From: Octopus vulgaris
Taxonomy: Eukaryota
NCBI GenBank assembly: GCA_951406725.2
Contig: OX597838.1
Location: 27,280,001 to 27,344,000 of the forward strand
Reading direction: 5' to 3'
Length of the DNA stretch: 64,000 bases
Shown piece by piece: positions 49,446-63,524 of this stretch (the stretch's first letter is position 1; each line of letters opens with the position of its first letter). The notes under the pieces are model-generated. The model saw nothing but the letters and a program-made list of their open reading frames with translations, was not told the origin of the DNA and did no database searches. Made by a program: the position numbers and the translations under genes.

Positions 49446-50642
49446 ATAATTCCTTTTGCCTTCTAGTCACCCAGTTTTCCAGTCAAGAAATCCTTATTCA
49501 TTTCTGGAGGATATTGTTATATTTTGAAACATTGTTACTTGTGCTCATATTTAACCCCAGCTAATTCTTATCAAGGCATTCTATCTGTACTTCTATCTTT
49601 TGGGAGTTATGTCTAATTATCTAATGTGCCTTTTCTTTATTTAAGATGGTATTTCAGATGTAATGTGTGGGTGATTCAGCTATTACCTCTAGCAGATTGA
49701 GCAACCATGTAGATGTACTCTTGTGGGTGCTTTGTCCTGTGTTAACACTCAGTAAACCAATGCTTGCAATTTGTTCCTTAGCATACCGTTTCTCTTAGGG
49801 AGATAGGTGCCCCCTCTCCAGGGGCTGTAAGGATTGAAAAGGGGGCAGAAAAATGCAATATCTAACCCTTCTATCACCATATTTCTGTTAAAATACACTG
49901 CCTCTCTCTTAATTAATTTTGAAGAATTTAGTAAAATAACTTTATTAATGAAACTGATGTTTGGAACATAAATTAACATAAATGTTTTAATTCAGAGCAC
50001 TTTGGAACAGGAAGTTTGTATCGTAGAACAAAGGGTGGTTTTGGATGGGTTGGTATTAAAAAGATGAATAAAAATTAAGATGATTTTCAGCCTTTTAAAT
50101 TTGTCTAATGTCCAGAGAAAGATTGAAGAGTCATCATTGTTTTAACTCCACTTTCCCATACTTGCATGGGTTAGATGTTTAGAGTTTATTGAGGCAGATT
50201 TTCTAGTCAGTTGCCCTTCATGTTGCTGATCCTCACCTGTTTCCAAGCAAAGTAATTTTCCCTTAAGGACAGACATGTTTTTGCAGAATATTGGAAATGA
50301 GTGACATCCATTTACAACAACTATACAATGTCAGGACAAGGAGAGAGAGAGAGAGACACACACACATTGTATATAGGCAAATCAAAGATAAAAAACAGGA
50401 AAAACAACAAAAAATCAATCAGCTGTACAGAGTGAATATATTTGATTGATGCTCAGTGAAAATTTTAGATGGGAAAATATAGGAGTGGAAATGATGTTAT
50501 GAGTATGGACCTTTGTTGGAGAGAGGAAAAAAGTTCATAGAGGAAGAAAAGGAGGAAGGAGCAGATAGTCCAGAGAAAAGCACGTGTGTTGTTACATGGC
50601 TGAAAATGTGTGTGTGTATGACAGGCTGCTTTCAGTTTAGAT

Positions 50643-50904
50643 CAGTGGTTCCCATACATTTTCAGGGTGCCACCTCCTTGGTTCTAAGGCCACATACCTA
50701 GTGCCCCCCCCCCATCACCATCACAGTCATAGACCATTTTCTGTAGCAAATTTAAAACAACAGTATTTCACAAATAAAACTTAACTTAATTAACCCTTTT
50801 ATTATTTTCTGTTTTTTACATCTATTGCCCCATTTTTCTTTAATGCCCTCCTGACTTTTCCACCACCTTTAGCAGGCCGGTACCGCCCACTTTGGGAACC
50901 ACTG
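50643..50904. mobile_element. hAT MITE inserted in a family A SINE
   Basis: TIRs cagtggttccca / tgggaaccactg; TSD gtttagat / gtttagac. Confidence 0.9.
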
Positions 50905-51778
50905 GTTTAGACATATATCACAGGCTTCTTTCAGTTTCTGCCTACCACATCAGCTTAAAAAGGCTTTGGTCAACCCAGGGCTTAGAAGAGAAGACACTTG
51001 GTCATGGTGCCATGTACTGGGACTGAACTGGAAACCATGCTGTTGGGAAGCATACTTTCTCAATCCTATAACCACACATGTGTCTATTGAAGCAAAATCT
51101 TCCTTTTTTCTCTCCTTCATTTAAAAAGATATGAAGAGCAGACAAACTTTCACTAATAATTTAGTGAGTGGTGGAGGTGGTGTGGATAGGACTGTGCTTG
51201 GGCAGTTTGAGAACCACTGTCTTGGCATTTGTGATGCTGGCCATCTTAGGAAGTGCTTACAGATGCTGTTACTACAACAACATAGTTTATGGTCTTTGCA
51301 CAAGTCGGCATATATCAGAAATGTTACAGTTTTTCTCTGAGTAGATAATCACTTCTAGGAGATAACTGTGGCATTTATAGTGTAATAGTTTTAAAAACCC
51401 ATCATTTCAATTTGAGGTTGTCAGAAATTATGAAATGAAGAACATTTGCGATTCTGACGGTTGCTGTTTCCATACCTCTGTCTGTCTGTCTGAATTTTGC
51501 TCCCCAACCCTCCTCTCAGTTAAAATAATACACGTGTTAATATCTCTTGCAGATGAGGAAGTAGGGACCAGATAGAATATAAGAACTATATTTATACCAA
51601 TTGACTACCTAGATTGTTTTGACTGATATATATATGTGTGTGTATTTATGTGAGTGTATATATATTTATATGTATATATATGTATATATTTATATGTATA
51701 TATGTGTATATATTTATATGTAAATATATATATATATATGTATATATTTATATGTATATATGTGTATATATTTATATG

Positions 51779-51819
<41 letters not shown>

Positions 51820-52949
51820 ACACATATATATACATATATTTGTGTGTGTGTGTGTGTATATATATATATGTATGTATATTGTTTGGCTGATAGCCAGTGC
51901 ATAACCAGCTAACCTAGATTTTGCCAAACCCAACTTGGCATTCACAAATCTTGAAGAAGAGCAAAAAGGTAAAAAATATACAAAAAAAAAAAAAAAATAT
52001 TATTACCTAATTATTTATGTTCCTGTTAAGCATAAACCATCGAAAACAAAAAAAAAGCAACAACAACAGCAAAGAACAACAAAAATAATATCAAAATCAA
52101 ATCAAATCAAAACCACAAAAAAGTAAGTAATTCCTTTTCTTTCTAAAACAGACCAATAGTAAAAGACTTCTTACAGGTTAACTCTTATTTTGGTAACAGT
52201 AGCTTATAAATAGAATGTCTTAGAACAGCAGTCTTCTACCTTCTTTTATTTTATTAGTTAGGCACTGGGATTTACTAATTCTTCCGGTTTTTTTCCTGAA
52301 TTTTTTTTATTGGTTTCTATTTTTATTATTGTTGTGATTAATTTTTTTCTTTTTTTGGTTTCTTCACCTGTTAGTGTTTTGAATAAAAGATGGTGTTATT
52401 TTTGTAAACTGTGTGAAATTCAATAATGAAACAATTCACCACTAAGAAGGAAAATAGCAGAGGAAAAAAAATACTAGTAAATGTTTTTCAAGCCTTTATT
52501 AAGACCTTATTTAATAAATGGGTTTTTAATTAACCACGGCGAGTTCGTTAATGAGCAAAACATTGTGTAACATGCTAATTGAGTCAGAATCTTTACAGGT
52601 TAAAAGAAAAAAATAGCTCTGTATTTGCTGGGATTTCAACCCTGCATTTATTGATTTGGGTTAGGAACAGGTATGGCTGTTTGCTTCTCAACCTAGTGGC
52701 TTCAGGTTCAGTCTTATTGCTTGGCACCTTGGGCAAACCGTGGGCAAGTGTTTTCTATTTATAACCTCTCAGGTTGGCCAAAGCCTTGTGAATGAATTTG
52801 GTAGGTGGAAACCGAAAGAAACCCTCTATGCAAGCAAGTATGTGTCTGTGTGTGTGTTGTTCATGTATCTTTGTCTTGTAAACAACTGTCATTCTGAGTG
52901 AGTTCATAGGAGTTTCAAAAGATGATTAGGGTCCACAAAAACAGTTCCT

Positions 52950-53270
52950 GCCTGTATTTGTAAGCCACCATACATGACCAGTGGCAGGTCATCCTCTCAT
53001 GTTACATTTTCTTGTCACAGCATGCCTGCAGACATAGTCCAACCCCACCAGGAATCTCCCGGATTCTGGAATAGGCTCCACCTGGAATTCATCATTGCCC
53101 TTCAATTAGATGGGTTGTGGCCCTAGCACTGTCAGTGTAAGACATGTCTGCATTGGGTGGCCCTACCTGGGACTTGAAGTCCTCGATCGCATGTCTCTGA
53201 CACTCACCTGTTTAACCTTCCCACCATGATGAGGTCATGGGTTGGGCTTGGAGGGTGAATGCCATTACAA
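52950..53270 (-). mobile_element. probable RTE-clade LINE 5' UTR remnant
   Basis: Minus strand ACCTCATCATGGTGGGAAGG ... GTCCCAGGTAGGGCCACCCA..CAGACATGTC resembles RTE 5' ends (from memory). Confidence 0.45.
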
Positions 53271-54189
53271 GACAACAGACAATTGTCACCATTATATAAG
53301 TCTTTCTAATTCAGGTACAAGACCAACAATTTTGAGGGGAGGGGATTATTCAATACTATTAACCCCAGTATTGGACTGATACATTATTTTGTTGACCCTG
53401 GAGGGATTAAAGGCAAAGTTTATCTTGACATGATTTGAACACAAAATGTAAAGAGCTGGAACAAGTAACTCCGAGTGTTCTTGCCAATGCTCAAGTAACT
53501 CTGGCAGGACCAGCAGTGTTGAGAAGAATGGGTTAGTTTATTCTTCTGACCTCAGTACATAACTGGTACCAATTTTTTCGATCCTGGTGGAATAAATGAC
53601 CAAAGCTAACTTTGGCAGGATTTGAACTCAGAATATAAAGAGCCAGAAGAAACACTGCATGACATTCTGTCTGATGTTCTTAATGATTCTACCAAGCCAC
53701 CACTCTTGATGATGATGATGATGATGATGATGGTGGTAGTGGTGGCAGAGGTAGTGACAATGGTGGTGACAATGGCCATCTTTGTTATTTTGCGTAACAT
53801 TTCTGCTACTTTAAATAGTCAACAATTTCCTGAACGGGTTCTATTTTCAGACTCTGTCAGGATATTTAATCTCTCTGTGGGTCCCTTGATGGGTATCACC
53901 ATCAAGTCAACACATTGAATCAGCTGGGTGTTGCTGTACTATTAGTGCAATGGGATCTTTTAAAAGATTTCTTTATCGTATTTATTTACAAGATTTTGAA
54001 TTGTTTTACAAAACTAGTATGGGTGGAGTTTATTTAAAATTTTAAAAAAATTATTACTTTAAAATCTATTTACATATCATTGAGCCAAATTTCCCCCTTC
54101 TACCCCCATCCCCAGCATAGATGCCACTCCTTAATAACTACTGAGCTATGAAATGGAAGCAGTTTCTTATTTTTGCCTTGGCAGATCAA

Positions 54190-54750
54190 GGTGCGTGGTT
54201 TAGTGGTTAAGGTGTATGTCTTATGATTGTAAGGTCATGGACTTTGATTCCCAGTGGCACGTTATGTCCTTGAGCAAGGTACTTTATTTCACATTGCCCC
54301 AGTCCAGTCAGCTAGCAAAAACGAGTTGTACATATATTTCAAAGGGCCAACCATGTCACATTCAGTATTTCATTTTTTATTGCCCACAAGGGGCTAAACA
54401 CAGAGGGGACAAACAAGGACAGACAAAGGGACTAAGTCGATTATATCGACCCCAGTGCGTAACTGGTACTTATTTAATCGACCCCGAAAGGATGAAAGGC
54501 AAAGTCGACCTCGACGGAATTTGAACTCAGAACGTAACGGCAGACGAAATACGGCTACGCATTTCGCCCGGCGTGCTAACGTTTCTGCCAGCTCACCGCC
54601 TTCAGTGTGTCATGCCGAATCTCCCTGAGAACTACATTAAAGGTACGCATGTCAGTAGGATGCTCAACCACTTGATGTTGGTTTCACGAGCAGGCTGTTC
54701 CATTGATCAAATCAACTGGATCCCTTGTCATTGTAACTGACAGAGGGCCA
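54190..54750 (+). mobile_element. D-like SINE with a nested young family B SINE (54367-54600, minus)
   Basis: Head ggtgcgtggtttagtggttaagg..tgtccttgagcaaggtactttatttcac; the B copy is flanked by ttcagt. Confidence 0.82.
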
Positions 54751-55385
54751 GGGCAGACCAATGAGATCAGAAGTGCTGTCTGCGGCCCTCAGAAAGGCTT
54801 GACCTTTTAATTATTATTGTATAAGTTGAACTGAATTGTCTTGGTATAAATGGTATATAGTTACTCACAAACACACCACAACCGTTATCCCACAGATGTG
54901 CTGTTGTTTCACTTTGTCCTTTCTACTACAACTAAGTGCAGATATGCGGATGTAGTAAGAAGTTTGCTTCCCAACCATGTGGTTTCAGGTTCAGTCCCAC
55001 TGCAGAGCACCTTTGGGAAGAGACTTCTATTATACTCCCAGAGTGATCAAAGGTTTATAAGTGAATTTGGTTGACAGAAACTGAAAGGCGCCCATTATGT
55101 ATATGTGTGTGTGTGTATAAAATTTTATAATTAATAAATAATTATAATAGAGGGTACACAAAGTACCAGCTTGCTAGAAATAAGAGTTGAAACACTCAAA
55201 CAAGCCACCAAACTCACTGAAAATCATAACAGACCAACTAATATTTGCAACAGATATTAAATGAGTTGAACTAGTGAGGATGTCTTTACATGATTACTCA
55301 ATCATTTAGAAAAAGCAGGTAAATCAGCATCAAATTACACCCTTGCTATTTTATAGAAGTCACCTCACTGCATATTGTGGCCACA

Positions 55386-55501
55386 GGTGGATTGTCTTTG
55401 ATTATAGGTCTGTATAGTCAGGGCTGACCTAGGGCCATGTATGTTTGTGTATATATATATATATGTATGTGTGTATGTACTTGTATGTATGTCCTTGTAA
55501 G

Positions 55502-55542
<41 letters not shown>

Positions 55543-55790
55543 ATGTATAAAACAGAATTTTTTATGTTTTGAAGTGTTTTTGTCTCCTATATATTCTAAG
55601 TTAAAAAAACTGTCAAGGTGGACTTTGTCTTTGATTATAAGTCTCTATAGTCAGAGCTGACCTAGGGCCATGTATGTGTGTGTGTGTGTATGTACTTGTA
55701 TGTATGTATAGAACAGGAATTTTTGTTTTGCAGTGCTTTTGCCTCCTATATATTCTAAGTTAAAAAACTGTCAAGGTGGACTTTGCCTTT
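55386..55790. repeat. local tandem duplication
   Basis: tctttgattata.gtct.tatagtcag.gctgacctagggccatgtatgt ... ctcctatatattctaagttaaaaaactgtcaaggtggactttg occurs twice. Confidence 0.9.
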
Positions 55791-56859
55791 CATCCATTCA
55801 GTGTTAGCAGTCAAATAATGAAAGCTATTTTAAAAAAAATACCCCTATGCTCCACCCCTTTCTCTAATGCACGGGTCTGTGCCTAAGAAACGATTATTAA
55901 TATTTTACTAAGTGGAATTCACAAGTAGAGAAAATGATAATTAGCTCTTAACGAGAATTGAGGGAGAGAGAGAGTGCGTGCGTGCGTGCACGCGCACTCA
56001 TAATTCTTGAAGATATTATTGTATGCATGCATTCACACACTTACGTACACTTAACTTAAACACACAGACATGCACATGTACACATGCTTACATACACACA
56101 CATACACACTTAGTGGTACACACATGCAAACCACACATTCTTATGTATACATACACTTATGCATACACACACACACACACTTGCGCTGACATTCCTTTAA
56201 AAAATATTTGGAACAACTTTCCTCCATAATGTTTTGATAAATACTGCTCCAATTATGCTTTTTGATAAAAATGGGTTTGGAAGAGTTTTGAATTAATAAA
56301 TGATTAAATACAGAAGAAAATATCAATACTTTTTTGATGAGTTATCTGCTTAATTTCATTAATAAACTGTTGTTGAAAGAGAGCTTTTGAGTAATAATCA
56401 TTATGAAAATATTTCAACAAAAAAAAAAAAAAAAGAAAAAAGAAAGAAAAAGAAAATGGTAAGAAAGAAAGAACAACAGCGAAAGATCATTCAATGTTCC
56501 TGAAATAAATTTTCTTGAAGAGGGAAAATTTTATTCTGATAGAATTTCTAGCGTGTTCTGACTAAATGATTGAGTTTTTCCAAGCATTTGTATTAACTCG
56601 ATTGTGAATAGCTAACATCACCATTAGAAGCTAGTTTCATAATTTTCCAATAACTTTGGCTTCTCTGTTCTTTTATTACTTCTTCTTATTGATTTCACTC
56701 ATCGGTGATCATTCTAGAACACTGCCACTTTCTAGCGTAGAGTCCATTTCGTCGACCTTGGTACTCGTTTGTATCGACCCTGTAAGCGTCGGTCAGTTCA
56801 AGGCGAAGTAGACCTCAGAAGAATTTGAATTCAGACCATGAAAAGACGTCAACAAATAT

Positions 56860-57490
56860 TAATACATTTGTTGAAACACACCATCTTTGTTTTAACTGAT
56901 TTTGAAAATAACGAAGAATTCAGTAAAATAGTAATTATTATAATCATCATCAAACATAAATTAACATGAAGTTTCAAGTTAGATCTCTTTAAAACAGGAA
57001 GTTCGTTATGCAGACCCAGGGGCAGTTTGGTGAGAAAAAGGCTTAACCATTTATTAACCATATTTCAATTGAAATACACAGCCACTTGTTTTAATTAATT
57101 TTGAAAATTAAGAAGAGCTTAGTAAAATAAGTTTCTTATTATTAAGTTGTACAAGGAACATAAATTTAACATGAAATTTTGATGGAAGGTTTTTTCATTT
57201 AGATCACTTTAACCCTTTTGTTACCCTATTTGTATTAAAATTACAATGTCTTTGTTTTAATTTGTTTTGAAAATAGGAAAGACTTTGATAAAAATAACTT
57301 TGTCCATTTTTAAGATGGTGTTTGGAATATAAATTAACAGGAAATTTTGATGGAAGGTTTTTAGATCACTTCAGGGGGTTTGTCTCAGAGAAACAGGAGC
57401 AGTCTCAGACAGATTCGTATCAGAATGGTTGACGCTTTCTTTACCATATTTCTGTTGAAATACACTAAACCTTTGTTTTAATTAATTTTA
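56860..57490 (+). mobile_element. tandem cluster of 3-4 P2 MITE copies
   Basis: Repeated gaaatacac..tttgttttaattaattttgaaaa..agtaaaataa..aacataaattaacatgaaattttgatggaaggttt..ttagatcactt. Confidence 0.78.
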
Positions 57491-57494
57491 AAAA

Positions 57495-57645
57495 GGCGTC
57501 GCTGTGTGGTAAGAAACTTGCTTCCCAACCACATGATTCTGAGTTCAGTCCCACCGCATGGCACCTTGAGCAAGTGTCTTCTACTATAGTGTCATACTAA
57601 CCAAAGCCTTGTGAGTGGATTTGGGATATGGAAACTGAAAGAAGC

Positions 57646-57696
<51 letters not shown>

Positions 57697-57960
57697 ACAC
57701 GCACGCACGCACACACACACATTATATATATATACATACATGCACACACACATATACACACACATACATATATGCATGTTTGTATATATTTACACGTGTA
57801 TTTGTCCTCCCCCTGACCTCCGCCATTGCTTAACAACTGATACTGGTGTGTTTATGTCCCCATGGCTTAGCAGTTTGGCAAAAGTGATCAATAGAATAAG
57901 GCCTGGGGTTGTTTACTTTGACTAAAACCTGTCAAGGTGGTGCTCCAACATGGCCACAGT
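57495..57960 (+). mobile_element. SINE family A with expanded central microsatellite
   Basis: gctgtgtggtaagaaacttgcttcccaacc...ggtggtgctccaacatggccacagt. Confidence 0.85.
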
Positions 57961-58059
57961 AAAAAAAACTCAAAATATGATCATGGTTGGCCTCAGGTGG
58001 GCTTTTATCAAACGGGCTAACGATCAAATATTAAATACATGATTATGCTCCTTCACCCC

Positions 58060-58512
58060 ACAGTACTTGACTGGCATTTTATTTACCAACCAACGAAAAA
58101 GCTGCAGAGCAAAGTTGTCCCTATAGCATGCAAACTCTGAACGTAAGGGGATGTAACTAAATACCAAACGGTGATTTGTTCACCATGTTACCAATTCTGC
58201 AACATGCCAGCTCTTGCTGTAACCGAATATTAATGAAATTAGTATTACAGTTGCTGGGTGAGGTCTTTAATTTAAACTTGTGTGCTCCAGTAGGTAACCG
58301 GTATTTTATTTGCCAGTCCTCGAAGAAGCTGCAGAGCAAAGTAGTCCCTATAGCATGCAAACTCTGAATGTAAGGGGATTTAGCTAAATACCAAATGGTG
58401 ATTTCTTCATCGCGTTACCGATTCTGCAACACACCAGCTCTTGCTGTAACCAAATATTAATGAAATTAATATTACAGTTGTTGGGTGAGGTCTTTAATTT
58501 AAAGTTGTGTGA
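58060..58512. repeat. 227-bp tandem duplication
   Basis: gctgcagagcaaagt.gtccctatagcatgcaaactctgaa starts at 58101 and 58328; similarity continues to gggtgaggtctttaatttaaa.ttgtgtg. Confidence 0.92.
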
Positions 58513-59883
58513 TAGTGGCTGCAATATAATCCCAGGAAACGTGGAACAAAAGGGAGGCTAAAGCTAGTTAATCAGGCTGATTGGATCATCTGTGTCGATG
58601 GAGAAACACAGATATTAAAATATCAAAGCAACACGGCTTTCACTTTTGGCACTCGCTTTTCTCTCTGATACATGTTTGGTTGTGTAACATGCAATCTGTA
58701 GGAATATATGGAAAATGCTAATTTCATCAAACTAATTGAATTCACCAAAGCTTCTCCTTCCACTTTCCATTATGAGAAAAATTCCCCAGGTTATAGCGGA
58801 GTGGTGGTGGCTGGGGGTGCTACACACACATGTGCATGCGACCCTCTCCTTCCCAACTTGTGTTGAATTACTTATTAAAGGGGAAATCAGTGGAAATGAT
58901 CTGCTTCCATTGCCTTGGAGTTTGTGTTGCCTGGTGATATGTCTCAGAGGAAACGGTTATTAAATGTTTCCTGATAAACTCTGTCAAGAGAGAGCAAACA
59001 GGAATATTCTGTGGCAGGAATGATTCAAACTTTGCCGTTCCCAAACAAAGATTCTTCACATTAATGTCTATTTATAAAAGGAGATTAAGAAACGTGTTCC
59101 ATATTTGCTGATGATACTGTTCTTAGTTCTACCAATGTGTTTAGTTTTTAATTAACCCTAGATTAAAATGAGCTCCACCCATGGCCACCCCTTCATTTTC
59201 TCAGATACAGGTCTTAACTCTTCAGCATTTAAACCAGCCATATCTGCCTCGAATATTCTACCTGTTTTATGTTATAACTGACCAGATCCGACCTCTCACA
59301 CCTATCCCACAATGTCATTCTCAAAGTATGCAATCACATCATTGAAATCTCAAAGCTATGAGATAATGCCTGATTGATTAAAAACAATGTGTATAAATAA
59401 AATAATCTGAATGCTAAAGGGCTAAAGATAACATTATCCAATGTGGCTGTCCCTTTTTCTTTTATCACTATATAATATTATCTCAGAGTAATGTGGCTGC
59501 TATTTCAAGTGGCCACATAAAGGCCCCAACAATTTATTCCAGGAATGTCATATTGGTTTAACTCCTTCATTACCAAATTTCTGCCAAATCGCACTGCTTT
59601 TTGTTTCAGTTGCTTTTTGAAAGTAATGCATTTAGGATAGAATAACTTTGTCGTTATTGAACTGGTGTTTGGGACATGAATTAGCATGAAATGTTGATGG
59701 AAGATTTTGATTTATACCACTTTACTGTTTTAGTTTCTATATTTCTTTTGAAATATGCTGGCATGGGTTGGATGGTTTGACAGAAGCTGGCAACACCAGG
59801 AGTCACACCAGTCTCCATTGTTTTGGCATGGTTTTTACAGCTGGATGCCTTTCCAAATGCCAACAACTTTACAGAGTGTATTG

Positions 59884-60050
59884 AGTGCTTTTTATGTGGC
59901 ACCAGCACAGGTGCTTTTTATGTGGCACCATCGCAGGTGCTTTTTATGTGGCACCAGTACTGGTACTTTTTATGTGGCACCAGTACTGGTGCTTTTTATG
60001 TGGAACCAGCACTGGTGCTTTTTATGTGCTTTTCCTGTGGTACCAGCACT
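59884..60050. repeat. 26-bp tandem repeat (~6 copies) inside a family C element (59755-60050, minus)
   Basis: GGTGCTTTTTATGTGGCACCAGCACT-like units; gtrctt recurs at 59885, 59911, 59937, 59963, 59989 and 60015. Confidence 0.9.
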
Positions 60051-60361
60051 GACAACCTTACAGAAAGACAAAAAAAGACAAAGGCCCCTCGACTTACAAA
60101 AGCCTGAAGGAGACAGGCTTTAGACGGTTTTAAATAATATATGTAATTCCTATTAAATGTATTGAGTGCCCTTTTCTTTCACTCGTCCACTCACTTGTAT
60201 GTGTGTGTACGTACGTACGTATGTATGTATGTATGTATATATTTATATATATATATAATAATAAATATTTTGACTATTTATTAAACTTTTATGTATTGAT
60301 TAAGTCTTTCCTTGTTTGTTTTGCAAAATAGTGGTTTTGTCTCTAATAATATTTTATATAT

Positions 60362-60392
<31 letters not shown>

Positions 60393-61586
60393 AATAATAT
60401 GTCAGTAAAAGATATAAACTATTGGTTATATATGACTAAATGCAGAATGCATGTATGTCTCACCATTATATAGCAGTGAAAGGGATAAGCCATCAGTGAC
60501 AAAAAAAGCAAAAACAAAACTGGTGACACTTTCTTGTTACCGTTTTTGCCGCCAGGAATGCAGTGAATCAGTAATTGGGCTATTCTGGAATCTTGGAACC
60601 CATGATAGTGTTACTGTTTACTAATTGCGATAGATAACAAAATGAATAGGGGAAAAAAAAAAAAAAAGTTGGTGGGTACTGTTATCCATTCTGTTTCGAA
60701 AGCAGATGCAAAAATTGTCCATTATTTCTTCTGAATACTGCTGTAAAAATCAAAAAAAGCGTTCTTTTAAAAACAAACCAATAACGAAAATGGTGCAGAA
60801 GTTGGAGTGTGTCAGAGAGAATTGGAGAGGTAAACTAAAATATGGTTGATTATAATATTTGTTGTTGTTGTTGTTTTTTTAAGCAAAAAACAACAAAACA
60901 AAACAAAACAAAAAAAACCCCAAAACCAAAAAAAAAAAAAATGAAAAAAAAAAATGAAAAAGCAAATTTTCAAGACTATTGAAGCTTGCTTATGAGCAAG
61001 GAAATTAATGGTAAGGAATCTATATTTGGATATTGATTCCAACATTGACGGTGGCATTCTTTGAATAAAGTATCACCGAAGGTTATAAGAAATTGAAATA
61101 CAGGAAATGGCTGCCTACATCTCCAAAAACTATGCTTGTCATTCATTTGTAGGTTACAATAAATAAATAAGTGCTTTTAGTTCTAAATTTCGAAATTTAT
61201 ATTTATAATATGCATGCCTTTCTTCCCCGTCCCCCATCCATCACACATTTGCATTCTCTCTCTCTCAAATTCACTCACTCATTGTGTTTCTCTCCCCTAA
61301 CATTTAAAAAAAAAAACTATCTTTGGTTCTGGCATCTTTTTATGTCAAAATAATTCTTTTTCGGAATTTTAGATTTTGCAATTTCAGTTTTTTTCTTCAG
61401 TATTCCTGGAAATATTTCTCCATTGTTCTTTGTGCTCTTGGCAAGATTCTTCTACCACAGTGAAAATCTTTAAACTGTTTTGGTACCAACCTACCTGAGA
61501 CTGCCTCTGATTCTACAATACAGACTCCCAGTTCTAAAATGGTCTTAATTAAAACTTTCCTAGAGAATTTCATTCCAATTTATGTT

Positions 61587-61986
61587 ACTCTTTACTCTTT
61601 ACTCTTTTACTTGTTTCAGTCATTTGACTGCGGCCATGCTGGAGCACCGCCTTTAGTCGAGCAAATCGACCCCGGGACTTATTCTTTGTAAGCCCAGTAC
61701 TTATTCTATCAGTCTCTTTTGCCGAACTGCTAAGTGACGGGGACGTAAACACACCAGCATCGGTTGTCAAGCAATGCTAGGGGGACAAACACTGACACAC
61801 ACATATACATATATATACATATATACGACAGGCTTCTTTCAGTTTCCGTCTACCAAATCCACTCACAAGGCATTGGTCGGCCCGGGGCTATAGCAGAAGA
61901 CACTTGCCCAAGATGCCATGCTGTGGGACTGAACCCGCAACCATGTGGTTGGTTAGCAAGCTACTTACCACAGCCACTCCTGCGCC
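61587..61986 (-). mobile_element. SINE family A, young, nested in a P2 MITE
   Basis: Full consensus-like copy with TSD tatgtt. Confidence 0.92.
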
Positions 61987-62243
61987 TATGTTCTTAACAT
62001 CAGCTTAATAATGACAAAGTAATTTTCCTGAATTTTTCAATATTTTCAACATGGATTGAAACAAGGTATTTCAACAGAAATATGGTAACAGAAAGGTGAA
62101 ACTTTTTTCTACTTACCTGTTTGAGACCATTCCCAATACTATGCTACACATTTCCTGTTCTAAAGTGTGCTAAATTAAAACTGTCCATCAAATTCCATTT
62201 TATTTTATGCGCCAATAGTGATAAATTTATTTTATGGAATTCT

Positions 62244-62382
62244 TTATTACTGCCTCCGCCTTAGCAAAGGTGGAGGTATTGTTTTGAGTCATGTTTGTTT
62301 GTTTGTTTGTCTGTGGACAATATATCTCAAGAACTGCTGGAGGGATTAGGATGAAACTTTCAGGGATGTTTGGCCTCATGAC
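62244..62382 (+). mobile_element. Helentron-associated (HINE/DINE-1-like) element, 5' fragment
   Basis: ttattac..cctccgcctt-agc-aaaggtggagg hairpin, then (GTTT)n gtctgt and atctcaagaactgctggagggatt..gatgaaacttt, the typical HINE layout. Confidence 0.6.
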
Positions 62383-63524
62383 ATTGACTGCAGTGCTCTA
62401 CTGGTACTTATGTTATCAGCCCCCAAAATATAAATGGTAAAGTCAATCTTGGCAGAATCTGAACTCAGACTCTGACTGTAGAGTCTGAAGGAATGCTGCT
62501 AAACATTTTGTCCATCAAACTAATGTTTCTGCTAGCTTGCCACCTTAAAATATTTCCTATTTCTGAGTTTGCCAGAGTATAAATAATAATAATAATAATA
62601 ATCATCACCATTCGACTACTAAGCTCATTTATCAAAATATCTACTTAACGCTGCTAAATACAGACACATTAAATATATATTAAGTCCGTTTCTGATATTG
62701 TCTCTCTGTTTTGCTTTGCTATCTTTGGTATCAGTTACAGTTTTAAATCTGGCTGCTCTAGCTTTTACTTCTTGATTGATTGCTACAGTGACAATCCTCC
62801 CATGACACCCACATTTTGCGTTGTTTATGAAGTTGAGTTAAGCTAATTTCATTTCGTTCCCTGAATGGATGGAAGATAGTTAATTCCAGAAGGGTTGGTT
62901 GACTCCGGAACATTAAGGGATGTTACTAAATAACACTTTCAAATTTTGGCACAAGGCCAGCAAATCCAGGGCAGGAGACAAGTTGGGGTCACATTGACCC
63001 CAGTACTCAGCTGGTACTTATTTTATCGACCCTGAATTGATGAAAGGCTAAGTCAACCACTTGGTCTGTTATGTACTCTAGCAACATGTAAGCTAATGAG
63101 CAGGCCTCGATGTGGTGTTTCAACCTACTAGAAATAGCAGCACAATCTCTTTCGAATCACACTCTACCATCTTTAGAGAAAAGGAGAAATATAGTGGGTA
63201 ATGAAGTCCAGAGTAGGGAGACTGTACTCAACAGAGATGGTCATGGCTTCAGCCACTTTTGATGAAGAGAGAAACAAAAGCTGAAAGTATTCAGAAAATG
63301 AACACTCATGGTATAAGCATTTAGATATTTATGTATTTACTAAATGAATTTACATGGAATACAAAAAAAAATACAGAAAACTAAGGGAGAGAGAGGCATG
63401 TTTCTGGGAGTTTGGAATTATGCAGTCGTTGTAATGTCCATAATTAACTGACGGAATGTGCAATATGTATATATTTCAAAATGTAACCAAATGTGGATCA
63501 TTGGCAATTTTTTTCCCTCTGTCT

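Noticed and set aside
59884-60050. CRISPR-like palindromic repeats (also 30955-31115)
   Set aside because: No unique spacers and no cas genes; eukaryotic context; internal to a SINE-like family.
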